A stretch of DNA of 64,000 nt from an uncultured Gemmatimonadales bacterium. GTDB taxonomy: Bacteria; Gemmatimonadota; Gemmatimonadetes; Longimicrobiales; Gaopeijiaceae. Below are positions 38,246 to 47,307 of this stretch, piece by piece (within the stretch, counting starts at the first letter, position 1; the number at the start of each line of letters is the position of its first letter). Made by a program: the position numbers and the translations under genes. Where the stretch lies: contig CAWGKG010000022.1 of assembly GCA_963823035.1 (NCBI GenBank), positions 48,651-112,650 of the forward strand. Reading direction: 5' to 3'. The notes below the pieces were generated by a model. It was given only the letters and a program-made list of their open reading frames with translations, had not been told where the DNA came from and searched no databases.

Positions 38246-40126
38246 ATGGTGGGCGGAGCCGCCTTCTTCTATCGCCTGGCCCGACGCTCCGAGTCCGACT
38301 TCTTCCTGGCCGGCCGCCGCCTCCCCTGGTGGCTCCCCGCCGCGTCGGTGTTCAGCACGCACACGGCCACCGACACCCCCATGTGGATCACCGGCACGGT
38401 GTACGCGCACGGCCTGCGCGGGCTGTGGTACACCTTCTTCGCCGGGTGGACGTCCGTGGCGGCGTTCGTGTCCGCGCGCATCTACCGCCGCTCCGTGGCC
38501 TTCACGCAGGCCGAGTGGCAGGTGGTCCGCTTCCACGGCTTCGGCGCCGAGCTGCTGCGCGGCTGGATGGCCGGCTGGCAGGTCTTCATGAACATGTTCA
38601 TCCTCGGGTGGGTGGGCATCGCCATGGGGAAGGTCGGCAACCTCGCCTTCGGCTGGCCGCTGTGGGTGGGGCTGGTCATCCCCTCGGTCATCACGGCGTT
38701 CTACACGCTCGCGGCGGGGTACTGGGGGGTGGTCATGGGCGACTTCCTCCAGGGCATCGTCGCGATCTTCGCGATCCTGCTGGTGTCGACGGTGGGCATC
38801 GTCGCGGCGGGCGGGCCGAGCGGCGTGGTGGACGGCGTCACGCAGATGGGTGAGGCGTGGCGACTCGATTCGATGGCGTTCACCGGGTGGCTCTCCGGCG
38901 ACTTCCCGGCCGCGTGGTGGCTGACGATGCTCGTCATCGCGATCGTCGGCGGCTTCGGCATGGGCACGAGCATCGACTGGTACGTCGAGGCGCAGCGCAT
39001 CCAATCCGCCAAGACCGTACGGGACGCCGCCTACGGCATCTGGTGGGGCGGCGCGATCACCCTGCTGCGCAACGGCATCTGGGCCGCCTCCATCCTCGCG
39101 TTCTTCGTCATGGCGCCCGGCATCACGAATGGCGCGGAGGCCGAGCTCGGATGGTACCGCATGGGCTTCGAGCTCCTGCCGGCCGGGCTCGTGGGTGTCT
39201 TCTTCGCGGCGATCCTCGCGATCCACCTGTCCACGATCTCGAGCCACCTCAACCTGGGCGCGCTCTACTTCACCCGCGACCTCTACCAGCGCTACGTCCG
39301 TCCGGATGCCTCCGAGCGTACGCTCGTGTGGATGGGCCGGCTGACCACCGCCGTCCTCCTCATCGGCTCGTTCTTCTACGGCCTGATGATGCAGGAGATC
39401 ACGCAGTGGCTGATCTTCGCGCTCTGGCTGATGATGGCGGGCATCTGGCTTCCCAACATCCTCCAGGTGGTGTGGTGGCGGTTCAACGCGTGGGGCTACC
39501 TGGCGTCGTGGATCGCCAACCTCGGCATCGCCTGGCTCGTGGTGTGGGTGTTGCCGGAGTTCGGCGTCCTCCCCGTCCTCCCCGACTACCTGCAGTTCTG
39601 GTCGCTGATGGTGCTCGGCGCCGTGGTCTTCCTTCCGGCGACGTTCCTCACGAAGCCCGAGCCGATGGATCACCTGGTGCACTTCTACCTGCAGACGAGG
39701 CCGCTCGGATGGTGGGGGCCGGTGCGTCGAGAGGCGATCCGCCGTGGTCTGCTCGTCGAGGAGCAACGGACGGCCGCCTCGGCGCCGCGCCCCCTGGTGC
39801 GCCGCACATGGACCGCCGAGGAGGCGGACGCGTGGAGCCGCGAGGACTGGATCGCCATCGTGCTCAGCCCGCTCATCATGGGTCTCGGCATGGTGGGCGC
39901 CGCCAACCTCTTCCTGGGGCGGAGCACGGGGGCCTGGGAACTCGTGCTGGGCACCGTCCTCGGCCTGGTGATGTTCTGGGTGATCGACCCCAAGCTCCGT
40001 GCCGTCTCGGCGGACTACGAGGCCCGCCAGGCGCGCGACCTGGAGCAGCTCGAGCAACGCATGCGCTGGCAGGCGGAGGGGAGCCCGACCGGGTCACCCC
40101 TGACGTCGCCCGAGGAGACCCACTGA
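38246..40126 (+). CDS. sodium:solute symporter (SSS) family transporter; the N-terminus probably extends upstream of the first ATG
   Basis: SSS blocks DFFLAGRRLPWWL and STISSHLN, with 13-15 TM helices. The same frame is open upstream and encodes a TM1-like LTHFTALDWFWTLAFLLL from CTG 38192, with no ATG/GTG/TTG available. Confidence 0.85.
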   Translation: MVGGAAFFYRLARRSESDFFLAGRRLPWWLPAASVFSTHTATDTPMWITGTVYAHGLRGLWYTFFAGWTSVAAFVSARIYRRSVAFTQAEWQVVRFHGFGAELLRGWMAGWQVFMNMFILGWVGIAMGKVGNLAFGWPLWVGLVIPSVITAFYTLAAGYWGVVMGDFLQGIVAIFAILLVSTVGIVAAGGPSGVVDGVTQMGEAWRLDSMAFTGWLSGDFPAAWWLTMLVIAIVGGFGMGTSIDWYVEAQRIQSAKTVRDAAYGIWWGGAITLLRNGIWAASILAFFVMAPGITNGAEAELGWYRMGFELLPAGLVGVFFAAILAIHLSTISSHLNLGALYFTRDLYQRYVRPDASERTLVWMGRLTTAVLLIGSFFYGLMMQEITQWLIFALWLMMAGIWLPNILQVVWWRFNAWGYLASWIANLGIAWLVVWVLPEFGVLPVLPDYLQFWSLMVLGAVVFLPATFLTKPEPMDHLVHFYLQTRPLGWWGPVRREAIRRGLLVEEQRTAASAPRPLVRRTWTAEEADAWSREDWIAIVLSPLIMGLGMVGAANLFLGRSTGAWELVLGTVLGLVMFWVIDPKLRAVSADYEARQARDLEQLEQRMRWQAEGSPTGSPLTSPEETH

Positions 40127-40251
40127 TGGAACGCGGCTTCGTCACGCTCATCGGGATGAGCATCGCCTACGTGGCGTCGTTCATCGGGCTCGGTCTCGCC
40201 TGGTACGGGTGGAAGCGACGGCACCGCGACGACGGAGGAGGGGGACGATGA
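40126..40251 (+). CDS. small membrane protein (41 aa) translationally coupled to the SSS transporter
   Basis: The ATG overlaps the SSS stop (TGATG). MERGFVTLIGMSIAYVASFIGLGLAWYGWKRRHRDDGGGGR*. One TM helix plus a basic tail. Confidence 0.5.
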   Translation: MERGFVTLIGMSIAYVASFIGLGLAWYGWKRRHRDDGGGGR

Positions 40252-40418
40252 GCGCCGCCTTCCTCCTGCTCGTCCAGCAGACGACGCGGCAGCCCCTCCC
40301 GGCCGAGCCCCCGATCGACGGGCCGGGGTGGACCGTATGGGTGCCGGCGGCCCTCTTCCTGGTCGCGGCATTCGGGACGTGGGCGCTCTGGCGCCACTTC
40401 GCGGACAAGGACGACTGA
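40248..40418 (+). CDS. small membrane protein (56 aa)
   Basis: The ATG overlaps the previous stop (ATGA). MSAAFLLLVQQTTRQPLPAEPPIDGPGWTVWVPAALFLVAAFGTWALWRHFADKDD*. One TM helix. Confidence 0.5.
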   Translation: MSAAFLLLVQQTTRQPLPAEPPIDGPGWTVWVPAALFLVAAFGTWALWRHFADKDD

Positions 40419-40431
40419 GGTCCGGAACCCC

Positions 40432-41913
40432 ATGATCAAGAAGACGCTGCTCGCGCTCGTGGCGGTCGCGGTGGTGCTCGCGGCCGTGGTGGTGGTCCGC
40501 ACCCTGCGGCTCCCGTCCCGCCAGGGCGAAGCCGCCTCCGTGCCCGTCTCGATCGAAGTCGACGCACAGGCCGCGGCCGAGCGCCTCGCGGGTGCCATCC
40601 GCATCCCCACGATCTCGTGGGAGCGGGTGGAGGACACCGACACGGCGGCCTTCCTCGCCCTCCACGACTACTTCGAGGCGAGCTACCCCCTCGTGCACGG
40701 ACACCTCCGGCGCGAGAAGGTCGGGGACCTCAGCCTGCTCTACACCTGGGAGGGCACGGACCCCGCCCTGGAGCCGGTCGTCCTCATGGGCCACCAGGAC
40801 GTGGTGCCCGTGGTGCCCGGCACGGAGGGCGACTGGAAGCACGGGCCGTTCAGCGGGGATATCGCGGACGGCGAGGTGTGGGGCCGCGGCACGATGGACG
40901 ACAAGATCAGCGTCGTGTCGATCCTGGAGGCCGTGGAGGCGCTCCTCGCGGACGGCTTCCAGCCGCGCCGCACGATCTACCTCGCGTTCGGCCACGACGA
41001 GGAGGTCGGGGGCGTCCGGGGCGCGTCGGCCATCGCGGATCTCCTCGCGTCCCGCGGGACGGGCTCGTTCGCCTTCGTGACCGACGAGGGCGGCGCGGTG
41101 GTACGCGACATGATCCCCGGCGTGGAGGGCGCCATCGCCATCGTCGGCGTCGCCGAGAAAGGGTACGTGAACGTCGAACTCCTCGTGGAGGGCGCCGGCG
41201 GGCACTCCTCGGCTCCGCCCGAGCAGACGAACATCGGCGTGCTCGCGGAGGCCGTGTCGGCGCTCGAGGAGAACCCCTTCCCCGCGCGCTTCGAGGGGCC
41301 GTCGCGGCTCATGTTCGACTACCTCGCGCCCGAGATGCCCTTCGGACAGCGCATGGTCTTCGCGAACCTGTGGCTCTTCCGCCCCGTGGTCGAGCGCTTC
41401 CTGACGGCCAGCCCGCAGACGGCCTCGATGATCCGCACGACCACGGCGCCGACGATCATCGGCGGGGGCGTGAAGGCGAACGTCCTGCCCATCAACGCGC
41501 GCGCCCTGGTGAACCACCGCATCCGGCCCGGGGAGACCCGCGAGAGCGTGCTGGAGCGCGACCGGAGCATCATCGACGACGAGCGGGTCCAGGTGCGCAT
41601 CTTCGGGGACGACAGCGTGGACCCGTCTCCCGTGTCCGACACCGAGGGTCCGGCGTTCCGGCTCCTGGAGCGCACGATCCGGCAGGTGCTCGCCGGCGAG
41701 CGCGTGGTGGTCGCGCCGTTCCTGGTGCCCGGCGGCACGGACGCGAAGTACTACTCGGGACGATCCCGGAACGTGCTCCGCTTCCTTCCCGCGGTGCTCA
41801 GCCCGGAGGCCATGGAGCTGGCGCACGGCACCAACGAGCGGATGAGCGTGGAGGGGCTCGCGTCGAGCATCCGCTACTTCCAGCAGTTGATCCGCAACCT
41901 GCAGGACCTCTAG
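40432..41913 (+). CDS. M20-family metallopeptidase, membrane-anchored
   Basis: N-terminal anchor MIKKTLLALVAVAVVLAAVVVV. M20 motifs GHQDVVP, GRGTMDDK, GHDEEVGG and HSSAP. Intact 493 aa. Confidence 0.9.
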   Translation: MIKKTLLALVAVAVVLAAVVVVRTLRLPSRQGEAASVPVSIEVDAQAAAERLAGAIRIPTISWERVEDTDTAAFLALHDYFEASYPLVHGHLRREKVGDLSLLYTWEGTDPALEPVVLMGHQDVVPVVPGTEGDWKHGPFSGDIADGEVWGRGTMDDKISVVSILEAVEALLADGFQPRRTIYLAFGHDEEVGGVRGASAIADLLASRGTGSFAFVTDEGGAVVRDMIPGVEGAIAIVGVAEKGYVNVELLVEGAGGHSSAPPEQTNIGVLAEAVSALEENPFPARFEGPSRLMFDYLAPEMPFGQRMVFANLWLFRPVVERFLTASPQTASMIRTTTAPTIIGGGVKANVLPINARALVNHRIRPGETRESVLERDRSIIDDERVQVRIFGDDSVDPSPVSDTEGPAFRLLERTIRQVLAGERVVVAPFLVPGGTDAKYYSGRSRNVLRFLPAVLSPEAMELAHGTNERMSVEGLASSIRYFQQLIRNLQDL

Positions 41914-41937
41914 GACCGGCCCCGGCCCCGTCCGGCG

Positions 41938-44550
41938 TCAGCGCTTCTTCCGCCTCCGCCGCAGCGACCGACGGCCGCCGGTCGCACCCAGCACCGCGAG
42001 CGCACGGGCGACCACCCCCTCGTCACCTTCCAGCCCACGCACCCTCTCGACCTCTCCTGGAAGGGCGGTCTTCGCGCGCGTCAGCGCCTCCACCGCCGAG
42101 CCGGGATCGAGCGCGACCCGATGCCCCACCTGCCCCACGTCGATGAGCGACTCGGGCGCCCACTCGGTGGGCCACAGGCGCTCGAGGTCGTCCACCGCGG
42201 CGCGCACGTGCGCGAGCGTCCCGGCCAGCCCGTCCATCAGCTCGGGCGACGCCTCCGGGAAGGAGAGCTCGGCCGCCCGGTCGGCGTCGGCGGGCGCCGG
42301 CCCAAGCCGCACCACGACCTCGAGTCGCTCGGCGTCGTAGGACCACCCGGGCGCCGAGCCGTCGCGGCGGTACGGCACCTCCGCCCCGTCGGCCCGGACG
42401 GCGGTGGGTGGGAGCGCGTCGGGCACCCGTAGCGTCACCGCCCGCTCGCGCGCCATGCCGGGCCAGCCGCCTTCGACGCCGCCGACGCGCACGACCAGCC
42501 CGCGTCCCCCGTCGCTCCAGCGCGACGACAGCTCCGTCCAGGCCACCGCGTCCCCCTGGTAGCCGAGGTCGTTGCCCGCGTCCTCGTAGAGGCGCGCGGC
42601 GCCGTCGCGGCCCCCGAACACCTTCACGACGAGGGGACCCCGGCGGCCGTCCCCGACCCGCGTGGTCGGCTCCTGCATCGGCACGATCGCCCCGGCCCGC
42701 ACGAACAGAGGGATCTCGTCGAGGAGATACGTGCGCACCACCTCGGCCGGGCCGTGCAGGCGCGCGCCCGAGCCCCACTCGACCCAGTCGCCGGGCGGCA
42801 GCCAGGTCGCACGCGTCGACAGCCCGGTGGCCGAGTCCGCGGGCTCCCCGATCGGGCTCACCAGGAGGTCCTCGCCGAGCATGTACTCGCCGGCATGCGT
42901 GTACGCCGCGTCCTCCTCGGGCCAGTGGTAGTAGAGGGGCCGCACCATCCCCACGCCCGTGTCGTACGTGGCGCGCGCGGCCGTATACAGGTAGGGCACG
43001 AGCGCGCTGCGCAGGAGCATCGCCTCGCGCATCGCCTCGTAGTGCTCCGGCGGGTACGCCCAGATCCTCCGTTCGGCGTCCGGGTTCTTCGTGGTGTGCG
43101 TCCGCAGGACCGGGCTCAGCGCCCCGAACTGGATCCACCGCGTGTACAGCTCCGGCGTCACGGGACCGGGGAGGTGGCCCCCGATGTCATGGCTCCAGAA
43201 CCCGTAGAGGACGTTCGACGCCGTGGACGTGAACTCCGGCTCGAACGCCAGCATCTCCCACGTCGAGGCGGCGTCGCCCGAGAACCCCACCTGGTAGCGG
43301 TGGCTCCCCAGCCCCCCGAAGCGGTGGAAGATGAGCGGCCGTGCCCGTCCCTGTCGCTCCATGTCGCCGAAGAAGACGTGGTTCAGCCACATGGTGGGGT
43401 TGAGCCCCGGGATGCTCGTCTCCGCCCACTGCTGCCAATCCAACCACCAGAAGTCGACGCCCTGTCGCTCGAGCGGATGGATGACGTTGTCGAAGTACGC
43501 CCGCGCGAACGCCCGGTCCTCGATGTGGAAGGGGATCCACTCCTTCGTCGCCGGATCGACGCCCATCGCCCGGGCCATCGCCGGGTACTGCGCCTCCCAC
43601 GGCTGGATGCCCGACGCGGGATGCAGGTTCAGCGTCGCCCGCAGGCCCTGCCCGTGCACCCACGACAGGAAGGCCTCCGGGTCGGGGAAGAACGTCGGGT
43701 TCCAGGTGTAGCCCGTCCAACCCTTGCTCTGCCCCGCCATGTCCCGCACCCCGCTGCGCCACCGCAGCTCGAACGTCTCGTGCCAGTCCATGTCCACCAC
43801 GAGCACGTCGAGCGGGACGTCGTACCGATCGAACTCCCCGACCAGCTCCTGGAGCTCCGTGTCCGTGTACGCCCAGTAGCGCGACCACCAGATGCCGAAC
43901 GCGAAGCGCGGCGGCATGGGCACCTTTCCCGAGATCCTCGCGAAGTCGCCGAGCGCCGCACGGTAGTCGTGCCCGTAGCCGAGGAAATACCAGTCCTGCC
44001 GCTCCCCTGCGGGGCGGGGCTGGGCCCACCCGCCGTCCTCGCCCACGAGGAGGGGGCTCTCGGAGTCGTCGACGACGGCCCACCCGTCCCGCGACAGCAG
44101 CCCCTCGCCCAGGGCGACGGGACCCTCCACGCCGTCCAGCGTGCGGATCGTCCCGCCCAGGTTGCCGTCCGCCGGGCTTCCCGGACGCCACATCGTGTCC
44201 ACGCCCCCCGTGGCCACGTGCACCTCGAGGTTGGACGGGCCCAGGCGGCCGCTGCCCAAGCGGTAGCGGAGGCGGAGCGCGTCCGTCTCGATCACCTGCC
44301 AGCCCTCCTCCTCGAACGCCCGGTAGGGCGGCGCGGGAAGGTCCCGATCGATCACCACGAGCGTCCCCCGGTCCTCGAACGCCCCCCCTTCCGCCCACTC
44401 CATACGCACGAGACGGTCGGTCAGGACGGTGAAGCGGGCGTCTCCGGCCTTCACGACGGGGCGGGGTGCGGGGTCGGGCAGCTGGCGGGCTGCGAGAGGA
44501 TTCGTCACGAGGAGGAGGGCGAGGGGAACCGCGGCGTGTGCTCGTCTCAT
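41938..44550 (-). CDS. glycoside hydrolase family 31 (alpha-glucosidase / alpha-xylosidase-like), secreted
   Basis: Signal peptide MRRAHAAVPLALLLVTNPLAARQ from ATG 44550. GH31 blocks PLDVLVVDMDWH, GVDFWWLDWQQ, FWSHDIGGH and LSPVLRTH. Intact over 2.6 kb. Confidence 0.9.
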   Translation of the reverse strand: MRRAHAAVPLALLLVTNPLAARQLPDPAPRPVVKAGDARFTVLTDRLVRMEWAEGGAFEDRGTLVVIDRDLPAPPYRAFEEEGWQVIETDALRLRYRLGSGRLGPSNLEVHVATGGVDTMWRPGSPADGNLGGTIRTLDGVEGPVALGEGLLSRDGWAVVDDSESPLLVGEDGGWAQPRPAGERQDWYFLGYGHDYRAALGDFARISGKVPMPPRFAFGIWWSRYWAYTDTELQELVGEFDRYDVPLDVLVVDMDWHETFELRWRSGVRDMAGQSKGWTGYTWNPTFFPDPEAFLSWVHGQGLRATLNLHPASGIQPWEAQYPAMARAMGVDPATKEWIPFHIEDRAFARAYFDNVIHPLERQGVDFWWLDWQQWAETSIPGLNPTMWLNHVFFGDMERQGRARPLIFHRFGGLGSHRYQVGFSGDAASTWEMLAFEPEFTSTASNVLYGFWSHDIGGHLPGPVTPELYTRWIQFGALSPVLRTHTTKNPDAERRIWAYPPEHYEAMREAMLLRSALVPYLYTAARATYDTGVGMVRPLYYHWPEEDAAYTHAGEYMLGEDLLVSPIGEPADSATGLSTRATWLPPGDWVEWGSGARLHGPAEVVRTYLLDEIPLFVRAGAIVPMQEPTTRVGDGRRGPLVVKVFGGRDGAARLYEDAGNDLGYQGDAVAWTELSSRWSDGGRGLVVRVGGVEGGWPGMARERAVTLRVPDALPPTAVRADGAEVPYRRDGSAPGWSYDAERLEVVVRLGPAPADADRAAELSFPEASPELMDGLAGTLAHVRAAVDDLERLWPTEWAPESLIDVGQVGHRVALDPGSAVEALTRAKTALPGEVERVRGLEGDEGVVARALAVLGATGGRRSLRRRRKKR

Positions 44551-44633
44551 GCCTCCAAGAGACACCTTCCCCTCCGACCGTGGCAAGACTACCTTGGTGG
44601 AGTTTCGGTTTATGTTCGGTTTCCGGAGACGAC

Positions 44634-45707
44634 GTGTCGGAATCCCGCCCCCTCCCCGTTCTGCACGGCCGCGGCGTCTCGTGGAACCCGCCCAACCGCT
44701 TCGAGCGCCTGCACGTGGAGCGCGACGGCTGGACCGACCCGGACGACCCGCCTCCGCGCACGGAGCTGCTGCGCGACGCGACGCGCTCGATCCTCGCGCG
44801 CAACGAGAGCCCGGACGTCGGGTTCGACGTGGGCATCAACCCGTATCGGGGATGCTCCCACGGCTGCGTGTACTGCTATGCGCGTCCCAGCCACGAGTAC
44901 CTCGGCTTCTCGGCCGGCCTCGACTTCGAGACGAAGATCCTCGTGAAGGAGGAGGCCCCCACGCTCCTGCGCGAGGCGCTCTCCTCCCCGAAGTGGAAGC
45001 CGGAGACGATCATGCTCAGCGGCAACACCGACGCCTACCAGCCGACCGAGCGCCGCCTGCGCGTCACGCGCCGTTGCCTCGAGGTCCTCGCGGAGTTCAG
45101 GAACCCGGTGGGCATCATCACGAAGAGCTATCTGGTGAGCCGCGACGTGGACCTCCTGGGGGAGCTGGCCCGCGACCGCGCGGCGGCCGTCGTCCTGTCG
45201 ATCACGACCCTCCGCAACGAGGTGCAGCGGGTCATGGAGCCTCGTGCTTCCACGCCGGACCGCCGGCTGGGGGCGATCCGCGTGCTCGCCGACGCCGGCA
45301 TCCCGGTCGGCGTGAACGTCGCACCGGTGGTGCCGGGACTGACCGACCACGAGCTGCCGGCGATCCTGGAGGCCGCGGCCGACGCGGGGGCCACCTTCGC
45401 GAGCTACATCGTGCTCCGCCTGCCGCACGGGGTGAAGGAGCTGTTCTCGGAGTGGCTCGCCCAGCACTTCCCCGACCGGAAGGAGAAGGTGCTCAACCGC
45501 GTGCGCGAGCTGCGCGGGGGGCGGCTCTACGACGCCCGCTTCGACGTGCGCGGCAGGGGAGAGGGGCCCTGGGCGGAGCAGTTGCGCGCGCTCTTCCACG
45601 TCACCCGGGACCGACTGGGCCTGAACCACCGTCCCGGGATGTCGACGGCCGCCTTTCGCCGGCCGGCGCCTCCACCTCGCCCACAGCTGGATCTCTTCGG
45701 CGGCTGA
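44634..45707 (+). CDS. radical SAM protein (PA0069 / SplB-like family)
   Basis: CxxxCxxC motif GCSHGCVYCYAR. N-terminus LHGRGVSWNPPNRFE, typical of this family. GTG 44634 chosen as the start. Confidence 0.85.
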   Translation: MSESRPLPVLHGRGVSWNPPNRFERLHVERDGWTDPDDPPPRTELLRDATRSILARNESPDVGFDVGINPYRGCSHGCVYCYARPSHEYLGFSAGLDFETKILVKEEAPTLLREALSSPKWKPETIMLSGNTDAYQPTERRLRVTRRCLEVLAEFRNPVGIITKSYLVSRDVDLLGELARDRAAAVVLSITTLRNEVQRVMEPRASTPDRRLGAIRVLADAGIPVGVNVAPVVPGLTDHELPAILEAAADAGATFASYIVLRLPHGVKELFSEWLAQHFPDRKEKVLNRVRELRGGRLYDARFDVRGRGEGPWAEQLRALFHVTRDRLGLNHRPGMSTAAFRRPAPPPRPQLDLFGG

Positions 45708-45719
45708 TCGCGCCGGAGC

Positions 45720-46659
45720 TCAGACCCGGGCGATCGCTCCGTCCTGGGCGGCCCACGACGTGCGGGAGAACGTCCACAGGAAGTTCGTGAAGCCGACGTC
45801 GTAGTCCGAGATGCCGTTCTGGCCGGTGAGCTTGAGCCGCTGGTCGTAGAGCCGCCGCATCACGATGGACACCGTGCTCTCGTAGGAGGACGGCGGCGGG
45901 CGCAGCTGATGCAGCGCGTCCCTGAGACCCTCGGGGGCGTGCAGCCCCTCGACCAGGTCGTGGTAGGCGTCGTGCTCGTCTCCCGAGATCACCTTGAGCT
46001 GGCGGTGGAGCCGCTCGGCCAGCGCCGCCTGGACGAGCATGGGATCGTCCGAGGAGACCAATGCGAAGTAGGAGAGCACCTGGGCGTGCAGCTCCTTCCA
46101 GTACCCCTGCCGGTGCACGAACTCGTGGCAGATCACGTGCGGCTCGAAGATCCCCGTGTCGCGGAAGAGCGCCACGTCTCCGGAGATCACGTCGCACACG
46201 CCCATCGCGAACGGGAAGATGAACTGCGCCAACCCGAAGTCGCGCACCGCGGAGCTGGTGACGACGCGCTGCCCCGTAATGGACGCGATGTAGTCGGTGA
46301 GGCGCCGGTTCACCTGTCGCGCGAGCTCCTCCCTCGGCCTGCGCTCGTCGGTCCACCCCTCGGCGAGGCGGTCGACCAGTCGCGGAAGCTCGGCGCGCCG
46401 CTCCTCCTCGGGCATCGGAATCGAGCCGGAAGACGTCCGCCCCGAACTCCTCCTCGAACTGGATCCAGCGCACGTCCTGCCGTCGCAGCCAGTCCTTCAC
46501 CGCGCTGCCGGCGTAGATGCCGAAGGCCGCGGCGCTGAGAACCCGGCCGGGGAGCGTCGCGCCCAGGAGGATGCGCGAGGCCAGCGGGGCCGTCGCGATC
46601 ACGTCCGTCAGGGAGATGGGCGCGTACGTGGCGTCGTTGGGGATGCGGATCTCGTCCAT
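45720..46659 (-). pseudogene. HExxH protein (DUF3810-like putative zinc metallopeptidase), one frame break as assembled
   Basis: MDEIRIPNDATYAPISLTDVIATAPLASRILLGATLPGRVLSAAAFGIYAG...FGADVFRLDS (ORF 45601..46659). After a shift near 46418-46425 it reads MPEEERRAELPRL...VICHEFVHRQGYWKELHAQVLSYFAL... (ORF 45720..46415). Confidence 0.6.
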
Positions 46660-46733
46660 GTAGACCTATACGGGGGAGAGGCCGGCCGGGGTTCCCCGGA
46701 CGCGTCGCCACCGGAATCTCGCGCGCGGATCCG

Positions 46734-46766
46734 CAAAATGAAAACGCCGCCCCGGTCGGGGCGGCG
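46734..46766 (-). terminator. intrinsic terminator (minus strand)
   Basis: 9-bp GC stem CGCCGCCCC/GGGGCGGCG with a 4-nt loop, followed on the minus strand by TTTTCATTTTG. Confidence 0.55.
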
Positions 46767-46787
46767 GAGCTCGGCGCGCGGGGTCGA

Positions 46788-46828
46788 CCCTGACCGCGGC
46801 ACCCTTCGGAACAGGGCCGCGGTCAGGG
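46788..46828 (-). terminator. 13-bp perfect stem-loop immediately after a small gene
   Basis: CCCTGACCGCGGC - 15 nt - GCCGCGGTCAGGG. It starts 5 nt after the stop at 46833 and has no U-tract. Confidence 0.4.
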
Positions 46829-46832
46829 CCGC

Positions 46833-47072
46833 TCAGCAATGTGACTCGACATCCACCTCCATACGGACCACGGGAAGCACGGTCGAGGCCTGCGCCGACT
46901 CCGTCGGCTCCGTCACGTAGCCCGCCTCCGCATCCTTCGCCACGCCCGCAGGAACGTCGCGCGTCGAGCCGAGCGCCAGAAGCGCCACCAGTATGGGAAC
47001 GCCGATGAGCGGCGCCCCGAACGCGGCCCACCAGGGCACCGCGGATCGCTTGTCGATATGTGCGTGAATCAT
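46833..47072 (-). CDS. small membrane-anchored protein (79 aa) ending in ...ESHC
   Basis: ATG 47072. MIHAHIDKRSAVPWWAAFGAPLIGVPILVALLALGSTRDVP...VVRMEVDVESHC*. One TM helix. Followed by two hairpins. The longer track ORF 46833..47360 adds a non-protein-like extension. Confidence 0.45.
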   Translation of the reverse strand: MIHAHIDKRSAVPWWAAFGAPLIGVPILVALLALGSTRDVPAGVAKDAEAGYVTEPTESAQASTVLPVVRMEVDVESHC

Positions 47073-47307
47073 CGTCCCATCCCCTCTTCGTCTGCTCCGG
47101 GCCCGGGCCCCATGCCCGTCTCCCGACATCCTACCCTTCGTATCCGAGCGCCTCCGAGTTTCACCTTCCGGTCGCTCAGTGGATTGGACTCCACCAGGAT
47201 ACGATTCGTTGCATCCGTTCGTGACGGGGTCCCGGTCGACAGCGTCGACGGCTCCCCGTATCGTCTTACCGGAAAACTCGCGGGGGGAGAACACGGAGGC
47301 CTGGACC

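Noticed and set aside
37562-40057. An 831-aa minus-strand ORF.
   Set aside because: It is antisense to the SSS transporter and the 144-aa gene. Its composition is dominated by R, G, E, P and H.
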